Below are positions 10,404-20,881 of a DNA stretch of 64,000 nt, one piece after another. Where the stretch lies: assembly GCA_002009975.1 (NCBI GenBank), contig MTLP01000042.1, forward strand, positions 273,917 through 337,916, written 5' to 3'. This stretch comes from Thermococcus sp. JdFR-02. Lineage in GTDB: Archaea > Methanobacteriota_B > Thermococci > Thermococcales > Thermococcaceae. The notes below the pieces were generated by a model that searched no databases, was not told where the DNA came from, and saw only the letters and a program-made list of their open reading frames with translations. Position numbers and translations under genes: made by a program. The first letter of the stretch is position 1. Each line of letters starts with the position of its first letter.

Positions 10404-10877
10404 TCACGGTTTCTTTAGTTTGGGCTTTAAATTTGGTTCAAGAGAGATTGCATTGTTTATTTTTGAGAAATCTACCTTGCTTATTGCATCCATAGGAGCT
10501 GGAATTCCCTTATCTTTCTCTTTTTCCACAACCCAACTAATTTTATCTCCAATTTCAACATTTAAATGCTTTACAACACCTTCTGGAGTCTCCACAATAT
10601 ATTTAGCGCTATCTTTTGGTATGTAAAGGCGCCAAGGCTTCAAGTTTTCAACAAAGTCCACAACGTTTCTGTTTGTATCCAAAAAAATTACATCTATGCT
10701 TTGGAGCATGAGAAACATGTGAACCGATGCCCCTAGTTGAGTCTCATATGGAAGAACAAATACTAAAGCGTAATCTATCTTGGATTTAAGCATCAAACCC
10801 CTAAAGCGCTTAAAGAAATTATCAGCTAATTTAACCCGTCCATGCCAGACTTTGTTTTTTGTCTCATTGATGAGCAT
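10404..10877 (-). CDS. DUF192 (UPF0127) family protein
   Basis: ADNFFKRFRGLM, VHMF..IDVIFLD and PWRLY..AKYIVE motifs. Confidence 0.85.
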   Translation of the reverse strand: MLINETKNKVWHGRVKLADNFFKRFRGLMLKSKIDYALVFVLPYETQLGASVHMFLMLQSIDVIFLDTNRNVVDFVENLKPWRLYIPKDSAKYIVETPEGVVKHLNVEIGDKISWVVEKEKDKGIPAPMDAISKVDFSKINNAISLEPNLKPKLKKP

Positions 10878-10951
10878 GTGTATTTTTACCTTCTTCAGGT
10901 TGATAAGAATTGTGCCTAAAACTTTTTAAAGGACTAAAATACACTCGCTAA

Positions 10952-11012
10952 GGGCGATGGCGTCCGCCCGGGCTTCGAGCCCGAACCGCCCGTAAGGGCT
11001 GATGACGCCTAT
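10952..11012 (+). ncRNA. Fluoride riboswitch (crcB RNA motif)
   Basis: GGGCGATGGCGTCCGCCC...AACCGCCC-GTAA-GGGCTGATGACGCCTA matches the crcB consensus; GGCGTC/GACGCC pseudoknot; lies upstream of an operon containing crcB. Confidence 0.95.
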
Positions 11013-11037
11013 TCTACAACTCCTTGGAGGCGGTAGA

Positions 11038-11886
11038 ATGGGCTCGGAGCTTGAATTAGGTAAATACATTAATGTCAACTTAGTTTTAAAATACCTTGAA
11101 GAGAGGAGAAATGAAGATGGTGGTTACTGCTTTGTTTCCCTCTTAGATGAGACAAACATAAACGACACCTACTATGCAGTGAAAATCTATGACCTGCTTG
11201 GATTAGAAGTTCCAGAAAAAGAAAAGACAATTGAGTTCCTTTATGAGTCAACACAGTCGTATAGAGCTACAGTTGCTTTAGCAATGGGAATTGAAGCACT
11301 GACAATTTTAGGTGCAAAGGATTTAGCAAGGGGCAAGGTAGAGTTCGTTTTTAACAAATACAATCCTCTAAAAGATCAGTTTGCTGTGGGACTGGGTGGC
11401 AGTGAAGAATTTGGAACAGCAACTCCTCTAGAGGCAACATATTGGGTTTTAAAGGCTTTAAAAGCGATTAATTACAAGCTTGAAAATGATGTTAAAGAAA
11501 AAATCAGAGAATTTATTGAGAACTTTAGAAAGGGAGAAGGGTATGGAACCACACAAGCAACGACGACCATGACATATCAAGCATTGTTTTCGTTAAATTT
11601 CTTAGGCTACAACACCTCAACAAGATTTTTCAAGAAATGTGAAGTTTATGGGGGATTTACAGAAGTTCCTCTTTCTTTGCCACCCTACCTAGAGCCTACC
11701 TTCTATGCAATTAGAGGGCTAAAGATGGTTAAAGACAAGCCAAAATATATTAAAGCACATATAAACTTCATTAAGGCACTTCAGAATTCAAATGGTGGCT
11801 TTAGACGCTCCTCAGAACTGGGAATATCAAACTTCCAGAATACCTACAGGGCATTAAAATCCCTAGCTGAGCTTTTAACCTTCTAA
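11038..11886 (+). CDS. Prenyltransferase/squalene-cyclase-repeat (alpha/alpha barrel) protein
   Basis: Repeated DGGY/GGF..TYYA/TYW/TFYA units; true start MGSELE after GGAGG (the ORF-track start falls inside the riboswitch). Confidence 0.75.
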   Translation: MGSELELGKYINVNLVLKYLEERRNEDGGYCFVSLLDETNINDTYYAVKIYDLLGLEVPEKEKTIEFLYESTQSYRATVALAMGIEALTILGAKDLARGKVEFVFNKYNPLKDQFAVGLGGSEEFGTATPLEATYWVLKALKAINYKLENDVKEKIREFIENFRKGEGYGTTQATTTMTYQALFSLNFLGYNTSTRFFKKCEVYGGFTEVPLSLPPYLEPTFYAIRGLKMVKDKPKYIKAHINFIKALQNSNGGFRRSSELGISNFQNTYRALKSLAELLTF

Positions 11887-11907
11887 TTTAATTTTTGAGG
11901 GTTAAAA

Positions 11908-12606
11908 ATGGACATAATTGGGATTCGATTAAAAGATGCCCTTGAAAAAGCAGGATGTCCAATTTGCAATATTCTCAAAAAATATGAAACCGATTTGATA
12001 GAAGAGATACTTTACGAACATGTTAATAACCCGAGTGTTAGGGAAAAGTTTAAGAAAAGCCTTGGTCTCTGCACTTATCATGCATGGAAGCTCGAGAGTA
12101 TAGCATACTCAAATCCACTTTATGGTAGCTTAGGAGTTGCTATAATTTACGAGCACATGCTTTCACTTTATTTAAGCTCACTTAAATGTCAAAACAAAAT
12201 AAAAGAGAGGAAATGCTTTTTGTGCAAATCTGTGGAGGAGAAAGAAGAACATACAATAGGAGCATTGGTTGATAGGATTGAAGAACTCTTTGGTTTTTAT
12301 GAAAGCTCTAAAGCAATATTCTGCAAAGAACATTACACCATGCTTTACGATAAGCTTAAAACAGAGAATCCTCAAATGAGCGAGAGGTTAAGAAAAGTCC
12401 AGATCAGAAAACTCGAAACCCTTGGAGAGAGATTAAACAAATTCATAGAAAAATTCGATTACCGTTCAACAGAATCACCAACTAAAGATGAGATTATGTC
12501 TGTTACATTGAGTATTGAAAGCCTGAAAGGACTGCCTTTGGGAATAAATTTCACGAGGAGAAGAAAAAAGAGGTCTCTCCTGAAAGATATCTTCAATGAA
12601 TATTAA
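11908..12606 (+). CDS. DUF6062-like double Zn-binding protein
   Basis: CPIC..HVNNP..LGLCTYHAW followed by CFLC..FCKEH: two repeated Cys/His units. Confidence 0.7.
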   Translation: MDIIGIRLKDALEKAGCPICNILKKYETDLIEEILYEHVNNPSVREKFKKSLGLCTYHAWKLESIAYSNPLYGSLGVAIIYEHMLSLYLSSLKCQNKIKERKCFLCKSVEEKEEHTIGALVDRIEELFGFYESSKAIFCKEHYTMLYDKLKTENPQMSERLRKVQIRKLETLGERLNKFIEKFDYRSTESPTKDEIMSVTLSIESLKGLPLGINFTRRRKKRSLLKDIFNEY

Positions 12607-12629
12607 AGCAGCTAACAGGAGGTATTGCA

Positions 12630-13390
<761 letters not shown>

Positions 13391-13507
13391 GCCTTATAAA
13401 CCACGTTACTTCCCCAATGTTACTACCATTGTGTGGCTAACTGCTAAAGGGTTCAGATTCTACAAAATCTTTAAGAAGTATGAGCAAAATACTTTATAGG
13501 ATGGGAC

Positions 13508-14272
13508 ATGGTGTTGCAAAATACACAGCTCATTCAATGGGCTGTGGACATACTTGAACTTATAGGATTAACTCTCATGGTCATAATATTAAACAAGTTT
13601 AAAGAAGAGTTTGTCTTTCTTTTTGGAAAAAGAAATACAAAGCTGCTCATGATAGGTTTGGGGGTTATAGTACTCTCTAGCATTGCTGATATTTTAAACG
13701 AAATTGTTAAAACAACACTTACAAACGTTTTAGACGATATTCTTCTCATTATTGCTGTAGGTATAATATCTTATGGGCTCTACTCTGTCGGTAAGAGAAC
13801 ACAAATAGAAGTATCTCCTTATACTATGTCCTCTAATATGACCAAAAATGAAATCACAGCAATCTCAGAGGGGACATATCTCTACCCAACCACCGACATT
13901 GAAAGAGTATTAAAGCTTCTTCGCGGTAAAAAGATCCTTGCTATTACACGAGATCCGAAAAAATTTGAAGAAGCAAACATTCCCTATATCTGGGTAACAA
14001 AAGCTGATACCAAAAACTCTATTCACCCAAGGAACCTAGCACAACTTCTTCAGCATATTATTGATATCCTCGATGAAAACACGGGAATACTTTTAGACTG
14101 TGTTGAGTATTTAATCCTCGAAAACGATTTCACATCCGTTTTTAAATTTTTGACAACTCTAAAAGATTATGCATTACAAAAGAAGGGCATTGTTATAATC
14201 GTCCTCGAGAAAGATGCCTTAGAAGACAAAGAGTATAAACTCCTTGAAAGGGAATTTTTCTTGCTAGAGTAA
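13508..14272 (+). CDS. Membrane-anchored DUF835 protein
   Basis: Three TM helices, then ITR..IWVT..IHP..LDCVEYLILENDF..KFL..LKD. Confidence 0.85.
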   Translation: MVLQNTQLIQWAVDILELIGLTLMVIILNKFKEEFVFLFGKRNTKLLMIGLGVIVLSSIADILNEIVKTTLTNVLDDILLIIAVGIISYGLYSVGKRTQIEVSPYTMSSNMTKNEITAISEGTYLYPTTDIERVLKLLRGKKILAITRDPKKFEEANIPYIWVTKADTKNSIHPRNLAQLLQHIIDILDENTGILLDCVEYLILENDFTSVFKFLTTLKDYALQKKGIVIIVLEKDALEDKEYKLLEREFFLLE

Positions 14273-14330
14273 AGTCTGCACAAATCATTATAAGCTATGA
14301 ATACAAGGTACATCCAGAACACTCGAAAAG

Positions 14331-15566
14331 GTGATAAAAATGCTCCATCATGTTAAGCTTATTCACGCGACTAAGAGTAAAAAATTACTGGGAAAAAAGA
14401 TTGTTTTGGCAATCCCTGGGAGTATAGCCGCTGTTGAGTGTGTAAAGTTGGCTAGAGAATTAATTAGGCATGGAGCTGAAGTTCATGCCGTAATGAGTGA
14501 AAATGCCCAAAAGATAATACATCCCTACGCTATGGAGTTTGCTACCGGGAACAAGGTAGTCACTGAGATTACGGGCTTTATTGAGCATGTAGAACTTTGT
14601 GGGGAGCATGAAAATAAGGCTGATCTTGTTTTAGTTTGTCCAGCAACAGCCAACACAATTTCAAAAATAGCATGTGGCATTGATGATACACCAGTAACAA
14701 CCGTTGTAACAACAGCTTTTGCTCACACACCAATAATGATTGCCCCAGCTATGCATTCAACAATGTATGAGCATCCAGTAATCAGAGAAAATATAGAAAA
14801 GCTCAAAAAATTAGGAGTTGAATTTATAGGTCCAAAATTTGAGGAAGGAAAGGCAAAAGTTGCAAGCATTGATGAAATAGTTTACAGAGTCATTAAAAAA
14901 CTTCACAAAAAGGATCTAGTTGGAAAGAGAGTATTAATAACGGCTGGAGCTACAAAAGAATATATAGACCCAATCCGCTTCATCACAAACAAGAGCAGCG
15001 GAAAGATGGGAGTTGCTTTAGCTGAGGAAGCTGAATTTAGGGGCGCTGAAGTTACGCTTATAAAAACCAAGGGAAGTGTGCCAAGCTTTGTTGAAAGTCA
15101 AATCGAAGTTGAAACCGTCGAAGAGATGCTTAAAGCTATTGAAAATGAGTTAAAGAGTAAAAAATACGATGTTGTGATTTTAGCTGCTGCTGTGAGCGAT
15201 TTTACACCGAAAGAAAAGGCTGAAAAGAAAATAAAGAGCGGACAAGCGCTTATTTTAGAACTTGTTCCAACACCAAAGATAATTAAAAGAGTAAAAGAAA
15301 TTGCCCCTGAAGTGTTTTTAGTAGGATTTAAAGCTGAATATGGCATTAGCAAAGAAGAACTTATAGAACAAGCAAAAAAACAGATTGAAAAAGCTAAAAG
15401 TGATGTAGTAATTGCTAACAAAGGAGAAATAGCCTTTGGAAGTGACGTGAATGAAGTTTATTGGGTCACAAAAGAAGGCTATGAAAAGTTCCCTCTAATG
15501 AGCAAAAGGGAGCTAGCAGAGAAAATTTGGGATAATATAATCAAATTTTTGGAAGTGAGAAAATGA
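14331..15566 (+). CDS. coaBC: Phosphopantothenoylcysteine decarboxylase/phosphopantothenate-cysteine ligase
   Basis: GSIAA, PATANT, PAMH, DPIRFITNKSSGKMG and GFKAE motifs. Confidence 0.95.
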   Translation: MIKMLHHVKLIHATKSKKLLGKKIVLAIPGSIAAVECVKLARELIRHGAEVHAVMSENAQKIIHPYAMEFATGNKVVTEITGFIEHVELCGEHENKADLVLVCPATANTISKIACGIDDTPVTTVVTTAFAHTPIMIAPAMHSTMYEHPVIRENIEKLKKLGVEFIGPKFEEGKAKVASIDEIVYRVIKKLHKKDLVGKRVLITAGATKEYIDPIRFITNKSSGKMGVALAEEAEFRGAEVTLIKTKGSVPSFVESQIEVETVEEMLKAIENELKSKKYDVVILAAAVSDFTPKEKAEKKIKSGQALILELVPTPKIIKRVKEIAPEVFLVGFKAEYGISKEELIEQAKKQIEKAKSDVVIANKGEIAFGSDVNEVYWVTKEGYEKFPLMSKRELAEKIWDNIIKFLEVRK

Positions 15567-16246
15567 AAAAGATTGGCATAATTGGAGGTCTAAGCCCAGA
15601 GTCAACTCTCTATTATTACAAAAAGTTTATAGAAATTTCAAGGCAAAGATTTGAGCCATATTTCTTCCCGGAACTTATGATTTATAGCATAAACTTTCAT
15701 GAATTCATGAACAATGCTTGGGAAGGAAGAAAGGAGATTCTCATAAAAGCGGCAAAATCTCTTGAAAAAGCAGGAGCACAAATTATAGCAATCTCAGCAA
15801 ATACTCCTCATAAAGTATTTCCAGATGTTGCAAAAAGCGTAAACGTTCCAATGCTAAGCATAATCGATGCAATTGCTAATGAGGCTAAAAAGCAGGAAAT
15901 AAACAAGCTTTTACTTTTAGGAACAAAAACTACAATGAGCGAGCCTTTTTACAAAGAAGCGTTAAGAGGAAAAGGATTTGAAGTTTTTGTTCCAGGCGAA
16001 GAGGAAATGGACAAAGTCCATAGCATAATTTTTGACGAGATAATAGCTGGAAAAATCTTGGAAAGCTCTAAGCTCTTTTTAATTAAGCTAATTGAGAAGT
16101 ATAGAAATGAAAAGGGGATAGAGGGGGTTATCTTGGGCTGCACGGAGTTGCCGTTAATTATTAAAGCGGGTGATGTAAGCGTTAAAGTCTTAGACAGTGC
16201 AGAAATTCATGTCAAAGCCTTAATTGAAAAATCAATGAAAGATTAA
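15563..16246 (+). CDS. Aspartate/glutamate racemase family protein
   Basis: IGIIGGLSPEST, ANTPH and LGCTEL motifs (first catalytic Cys appears replaced by Ala). Confidence 0.85.
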   Translation: MKKIGIIGGLSPESTLYYYKKFIEISRQRFEPYFFPELMIYSINFHEFMNNAWEGRKEILIKAAKSLEKAGAQIIAISANTPHKVFPDVAKSVNVPMLSIIDAIANEAKKQEINKLLLLGTKTTMSEPFYKEALRGKGFEVFVPGEEEMDKVHSIIFDEIIAGKILESSKLFLIKLIEKYRNEKGIEGVILGCTELPLIIKAGDVSVKVLDSAEIHVKALIEKSMKD

Positions 16247-17043
16247 CGCCCAAACCTTCTCTCTCTCTTTTGATATTCTCTTATTATTCTTAAAAAGTCG
16301 ATTTTCCTAAACTCTGGAAAGTACACATCAACAAAGAAAAGCTCACTGTAGGCAACTTGGTAAAGCAAGAAATTGCTAATTCTAATTTCCCCTCCAGTCC
16401 TAATTACTATATCTGGATCTGGCATGTTTGGAACATAAAGGTACTTCTTCAATAACTCCTCATCAATGTCATCTTTGCTGATGATTCCCCTCTCCACATC
16501 CTCAACTATTCTCTTCACAGCATCTACAATCTCACTCCTTCCTCCATAAGCTAACGCTATGTTTAGGAAATAGTTGTTGTATTTCTTAGTTACTCTTTCT
16601 GCTTCTTCTGCAGCCTTTCTGACATTTTCGGGCAAAAGCTCCTTTCTCCCAATAACATTAACCCTAATACCATATTTATGAACTCTCTCATCTGTTACAA
16701 GTTCCCTAAATTTCTGTTCAAAAAGATTCATTAGAGCGTTTACCTCCTCAGGACTTCGTTTAAAGTTCTCGGTTGAGAATGCATAAACAGTCAAAACTCT
16801 CATTCCAAGTTCTCTTCCCCACTCTAAAATCTCCTCAAGCTTTTTAGAACCAAAAAGATGTCCATACCAAGGAGGTTTTTCCAACCTACGTGCCCATCTT
16901 CTATTTCCATCCATAATTATCGCTACATGCTGGGGAATTCTACCATTAGCCTTAACCCTTTCAAACAGGTACCTTTCATACAAATCATACACGGGCTTAA
17001 ATAAAATATGAGGAATGTGGGAAACAATTCTATAAATCACCAA
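16243..17043 (-). CDS. uppS: cis-prenyltransferase (undecaprenyl/dolichol diphosphate synthase)
   Basis: IMDGNRR, AFSTENF, RTGGEIRISNFL and RRFG motifs. Confidence 0.95.
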   Translation of the reverse strand: MVIYRIVSHIPHILFKPVYDLYERYLFERVKANGRIPQHVAIIMDGNRRWARRLEKPPWYGHLFGSKKLEEILEWGRELGMRVLTVYAFSTENFKRSPEEVNALMNLFEQKFRELVTDERVHKYGIRVNVIGRKELLPENVRKAAEEAERVTKKYNNYFLNIALAYGGRSEIVDAVKRIVEDVERGIISKDDIDEELLKKYLYVPNMPDPDIVIRTGGEIRISNFLLYQVAYSELFFVDVYFPEFRKIDFLRIIREYQKRERRFGR

Positions 17044-17049
17044 CTTTCA

Positions 17050-17583
17050 TCACTCTATCAACTTTCTTTTACCTTTATGAAGCTCAGCTAATGCCATATA
17101 AACTTCGGCATTTTTCTTCGTCATCTCTATTTCCTTTTCGCTTAACTGTCTAACAACCTTTCCTGGAACTCCAACAACCAAACTATAGTCTGGAATTTCT
17201 TTTCCTGGTGGAATCAATGCCCCAGCACCGATTATAACGTGGTTTCCTATTTTTGCCCCATCTAAAACTACCGCACCCATGCCAATTATTACATAGTTCC
17301 CAATTTTAGCACCGTGAACTACTGCATTATGTCCAACTGTCACATGCTCACCGATTACTGTGGGCATTCCATGAGAGGTATGTATGCTCACATTGTCTTG
17401 AATATTTGAGCCTTTCCCAATATATATCTGTTCTATATCTCCCCTTAAAACTGCAAAGGGCCATACACTTGCTTTTTCTTCGATTACAACATCTCCAATG
17501 ATTGAAGCGTTTTCATCAACAAAAGCAGAGTCGTCAATCTTAGGTTTTTTTCCATTTAATTCATAAATCGGCATGAAAATCAC
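17050..17583 (-). CDS. Gamma-carbonic anhydrase family protein
   Basis: Hexapeptide repeats with LRGD, NIQDN and GHNAVVHG. Confidence 0.9.
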   Translation of the reverse strand: MIFMPIYELNGKKPKIDDSAFVDENASIIGDVVIEEKASVWPFAVLRGDIEQIYIGKGSNIQDNVSIHTSHGMPTVIGEHVTVGHNAVVHGAKIGNYVIIGMGAVVLDGAKIGNHVIIGAGALIPPGKEIPDYSLVVGVPGKVVRQLSEKEIEMTKKNAEVYMALAELHKGKRKLIE

Positions 17584-17702
17584 CCCTTAAATTGTTCCAT
17601 TCAGAACTACCAAATTTTAACTTATAAGTTTTTCATATAGCGCTCACTTATTATGCATCAACTGGAAAAGTTTATGTAGAGGAAATTATAAAAATAAAAC
17701 GT

Positions 17703-17891
17703 ATGAAAAAAAGAAAAGCCCAAACTCCTGTTGAGTACTTGGTTATGCTTGTACTGGCTTTGTTAGTTGTTGCAATAGCTATTAGATATCTGACAAGATC
17801 AATTAGTGCGGCCAACAAGGCTATTTCAAGTGGAGTTAATGAATTGAGCCAAGAATTAAGCGAACAGTTGAGTTCTTTAACAAGTGATTAA
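17703..17891 (+). CDS. Class III signal peptide (pilin-like) small protein
   Basis: KKRKAQ-TPVEY followed by a hydrophobic helix. Confidence 0.8.
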   Translation: MKKRKAQTPVEYLVMLVLALLVVAIAIRYLTRSISAANKAISSGVNELSQELSEQLSSLTSD

Positions 17892-17902
17892 ATAAAAAGA
17901 AA

Positions 17903-18952
17903 TTAGATAAGTTCTCTTTCCATTCTTGTCAATCTTCTAGCACCATTTTTTTCCAAAACAATCGTATCCTCAATCCTGACTCCACCAAACTTGGGAATGT
18001 ATATTCCAGGTTCGATTGTAATAACCATTCCTTCTTTAAGCACAGTTTCATCAAATTGATTAACCCTTGGCGCTTCATGAATTTCCAAGCCAACACCATG
18101 ACCTAATGAATGTATAAAATAATCTCCATAACCGTATTCAGCTATAATATCCCTTGCAATCCTATCTAGCTCGTTTGCTTTCATTCCTACCTTGGCTTTT
18201 TTAACTGCAGCCCTTTGCGCCTCTAAGACAACCTCATAAATATCCTTTTGCTTTTCATTTGGTTTTCCAACAACAATAGTCCTAGTTATATCTGAGTTGT
18301 AATGTTTGTATAACGCTCCTAAATCAATGACAACTAAATCTCCCTTTTCTATTCTCTTATCACTTGCGATACCATGGGGTAAAGCAGAACGATAACCACT
18401 TGCTATAATCGTGTCAAAAGCAGGCTTTTCTGCTCCATTCATCTTCATAACAAACTCAACTTTTGCAGCTATTTCCCTTTCTCTTTTACCTTCACTTATT
18501 TCTTCCATAGCCGCCATTACTGCCATATCAGCTAACTTACAAGCTTCCATTATTGTGTTAATCTCTTCTGGAGTTTTTATAAGCCTAAGTTCTTTTATTG
18601 GCTCGTCTATTATTTTAATACCCTCAACCTTTGCCTTTTCTTTTACTGTGTTAATGAAGCCTAAACTTGTAGTTCCTTCAACACCTAAACTCTTAAACTT
18701 CTTTAGTTGCTCCAAAAATTCATCAACCTTTTTGAATTTTTCAACTGGAACAGAAGATTCTTCTTTAGTGGCTTCATATTCAAGCTCAGGAACAAATAGC
18801 GTTGCATCATCTGCTGTCAAAACTAAATAACCACCTGCCAGTGGAGAGGCATTAGAGAAATAAAAAATGTTTTCTTTCTTTGAAATTAAAGCTGCATCAA
18901 TTTCATTATCAGCCAAATAAGATTGTAGCTTTTCAATTCGTTGTTTCATCAT
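17903..18952 (-). CDS. pepQ: Xaa-Pro dipeptidase/aminopeptidase (M24)
   Basis: ALPHG, DLGA, SDITRT, HSLGHGVGLEIHE, EPGIY and GVRIED motifs. Confidence 0.9.
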   Translation of the reverse strand: MMKQRIEKLQSYLADNEIDAALISKKENIFYFSNASPLAGGYLVLTADDATLFVPELEYEATKEESSVPVEKFKKVDEFLEQLKKFKSLGVEGTTSLGFINTVKEKAKVEGIKIIDEPIKELRLIKTPEEINTIMEACKLADMAVMAAMEEISEGKREREIAAKVEFVMKMNGAEKPAFDTIIASGYRSALPHGIASDKRIEKGDLVVIDLGALYKHYNSDITRTIVVGKPNEKQKDIYEVVLEAQRAAVKKAKVGMKANELDRIARDIIAEYGYGDYFIHSLGHGVGLEIHEAPRVNQFDETVLKEGMVITIEPGIYIPKFGGVRIEDTIVLEKNGARRLTRMERELI

Positions 18953-19053
18953 GCCACCTCCATCACCAATTTAATAAATAAAAATAAAACTCTTTCTATA
19001 AACTAAGTGGCAAACGACAAAAATCATAACTAAAAAGAAGAGATTATCAAAGC

Positions 19054-19221
19054 TCAATCGTAGAGCCTACCTTCTCTAGTAATTACTTTCCAATACTTGT
19101 AGTTTTCTCCAACGATTTTATACACTCCATCTTCGAGCTTTTCTAAAAACCTCTCCACCATCCCGTCTTCGATTGTTGCAACTTTAATCCCCTTCCCACT
19201 ATTCCAGATTTCAACTTTCAT
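19054..19221 (-). CDS. Small hypothetical protein (55 aa)
   Basis: MKVEIWNSGKGIKVATIEDGMVERFLEKLEDGVYKIVGENYKYWKVITREGRLYD with a GGGGTGA RBS; fills a 450-nt gap. Confidence 0.6.
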   Translation of the reverse strand: MKVEIWNSGKGIKVATIEDGMVERFLEKLEDGVYKIVGENYKYWKVITREGRLYD

Positions 19222-19404
19222 GAGCTTCACCCCTCCAATTATATTCGTTAGTTTGCATAATATTTTAAAAATTTTTCTATTCTATTCAAGATTCATGGAA
19301 AAATTTTTCGATATTTTTTGTAAAAGTGTAAGGCGATTGGATGTTTAAAAGCGGAGGTGAGTAAGGTTTAAAAGCTGAGACCTAAAATTGAACTCGGAGG
19401 GATA

Positions 19405-19668
19405 ATGATGAGGAAAGGAATAATTCTAAGCTATGTGAGGAGTAAAGAAAACCAAAACAATAACCACATGATAATTAAGCCCCTTGGAATTGACAGCAGA
19501 GAACAAGCTGCAACACTAATTGGAAGGAAAGTAATTTGGAAAAGCCCAAGCGGTAAACTCTTGGTGGGCAAGATAATGAAGCCACACGGAAATAGGGGAG
19601 AAGTCAAAGTTAGATTTGAAAAAGGCTTACCAGGGCAAGCTTTGGGAGATTACGTAGAAATTCGCTGA
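19405..19668 (+). CDS. rpl35ae: 50S ribosomal protein L35Ae
   Basis: [20 protein letters not shown] and GLPGQALG motifs. Confidence 0.95.
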   Translation: MMRKGIILSYVRSKENQNNNHMIIKPLGIDSREQAATLIGRKVIWKSPSGKLLVGKIMKPHGNRGEVKVRFEKGLPGQALGDYVEIR

Positions 19669-19714
19669 ATCTTTTTTAACTCTTTTACGTCTTAGTTTCT
19701 TTGGAGGATTAACA

Positions 19715-20869
19715 ATGCAAAATATTGAATTAGTTGAAGTTAGAGAGGGAAAAGCAAAGATCCTAATCCCTAAAGCTGAGAGAATTTATGACTCTCCAGT
19801 TTTCTATAACCCCATTATGGCATTTAATAGAGATTTGAGTGTTTTAGCTTTGAGAGTTCTAAAGCCTAAAACTGCCCTTGATTCGTTAAGTGCAACAGGG
19901 GTTAGAGGAATTAGATATGCATTGGAGAGTGACGTAGATGAGGTTTGGCTCAACGACATCAACCCTCTTGCCTTTGAATTAATCATTAAGAACCTTGAAT
20001 TAAACTTTGGAAAAATCAAAGTTAATGAAAAACTAGCAAAATTTGAGAATGAAAAAACTTTAATTGCTACAAACAAAGATGCTAATCTATTGATGGATGA
20101 GAAATTTAGATATTTTGAGTTTGTTGATTTAGATCCCTTTGGCTCACCCATGCCCTTTTTAGATTCTGCTCTAAGGAGCGTTAAAAGACATGGGAGCTTA
20201 GGCATTACGGCAACTGATACTGGACCTTTATGTGGAGCCTATCCAAATGCTTGCATTAGAAAATACAACGCTTACCCGGTTAGAGGCGAACTTTGTCACG
20301 AAAGTGGTTTGAGAATTCTAATTGGTGCGATTGCAAAATATATCGCAAAATATGATCTTGGCTTTGATGTTCTTCTCGCTTACTATAAAGATCATTATTT
20401 TAGAGTTTTCTTGAAAGTTAAAGATGGTGCAAAAAAAGGAGATGAAACGTTATCCAATGTAGGTTACCTCTACTTTGATAACAAAACTGGGAAATTTGAA
20501 GTAGAAAAAAGCATTTTTCCAGATAAAAGAGAGAATATGAAGATTTTTGGTCCTATGTGGCTTGGTCCATTAAAAGCCCAAGAATTTATCGAAAATCTCT
20601 ATAATAAAGCTCAAAAAGTCGAATTAGCCCAAAAAAGGAAGGTTTTAGAATTTCTGGAGATGATAAAGAATGAGCTTGATTTACCTTTCTTCTACGATGT
20701 GCATGGAATAGCGAGAAGATACAGGTTGCAAGTGAGAAAACTAAGCACCATTATTGAGATCCTACAAGATAAGGGCTATAAGGCGAGCAGAACTCATATT
20801 TCCCCAACGGCTATAAAGAGCGATGCGCCATTTGATGTCTTCTTAGAAACCCTAAAGGAACTCCAATAA
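19715..20869 (+). CDS. trm1: tRNA (guanine-26-N2)-dimethyltransferase
   Basis: [25 protein letters not shown] and TATD motifs. Confidence 0.95.
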   Translation: MQNIELVEVREGKAKILIPKAERIYDSPVFYNPIMAFNRDLSVLALRVLKPKTALDSLSATGVRGIRYALESDVDEVWLNDINPLAFELIIKNLELNFGKIKVNEKLAKFENEKTLIATNKDANLLMDEKFRYFEFVDLDPFGSPMPFLDSALRSVKRHGSLGITATDTGPLCGAYPNACIRKYNAYPVRGELCHESGLRILIGAIAKYIAKYDLGFDVLLAYYKDHYFRVFLKVKDGAKKGDETLSNVGYLYFDNKTGKFEVEKSIFPDKRENMKIFGPMWLGPLKAQEFIENLYNKAQKVELAQKRKVLEFLEMIKNELDLPFFYDVHGIARRYRLQVRKLSTIIEILQDKGYKASRTHISPTAIKSDAPFDVFLETLKELQ

Positions 20870-20881
20870 AAAGTAAAAGAG

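Noticed and set aside
13391-13440. TATA-like box followed by a GTTACT repeat, possible small RNA
   Set aside because: Too short and weakly structured to support a call
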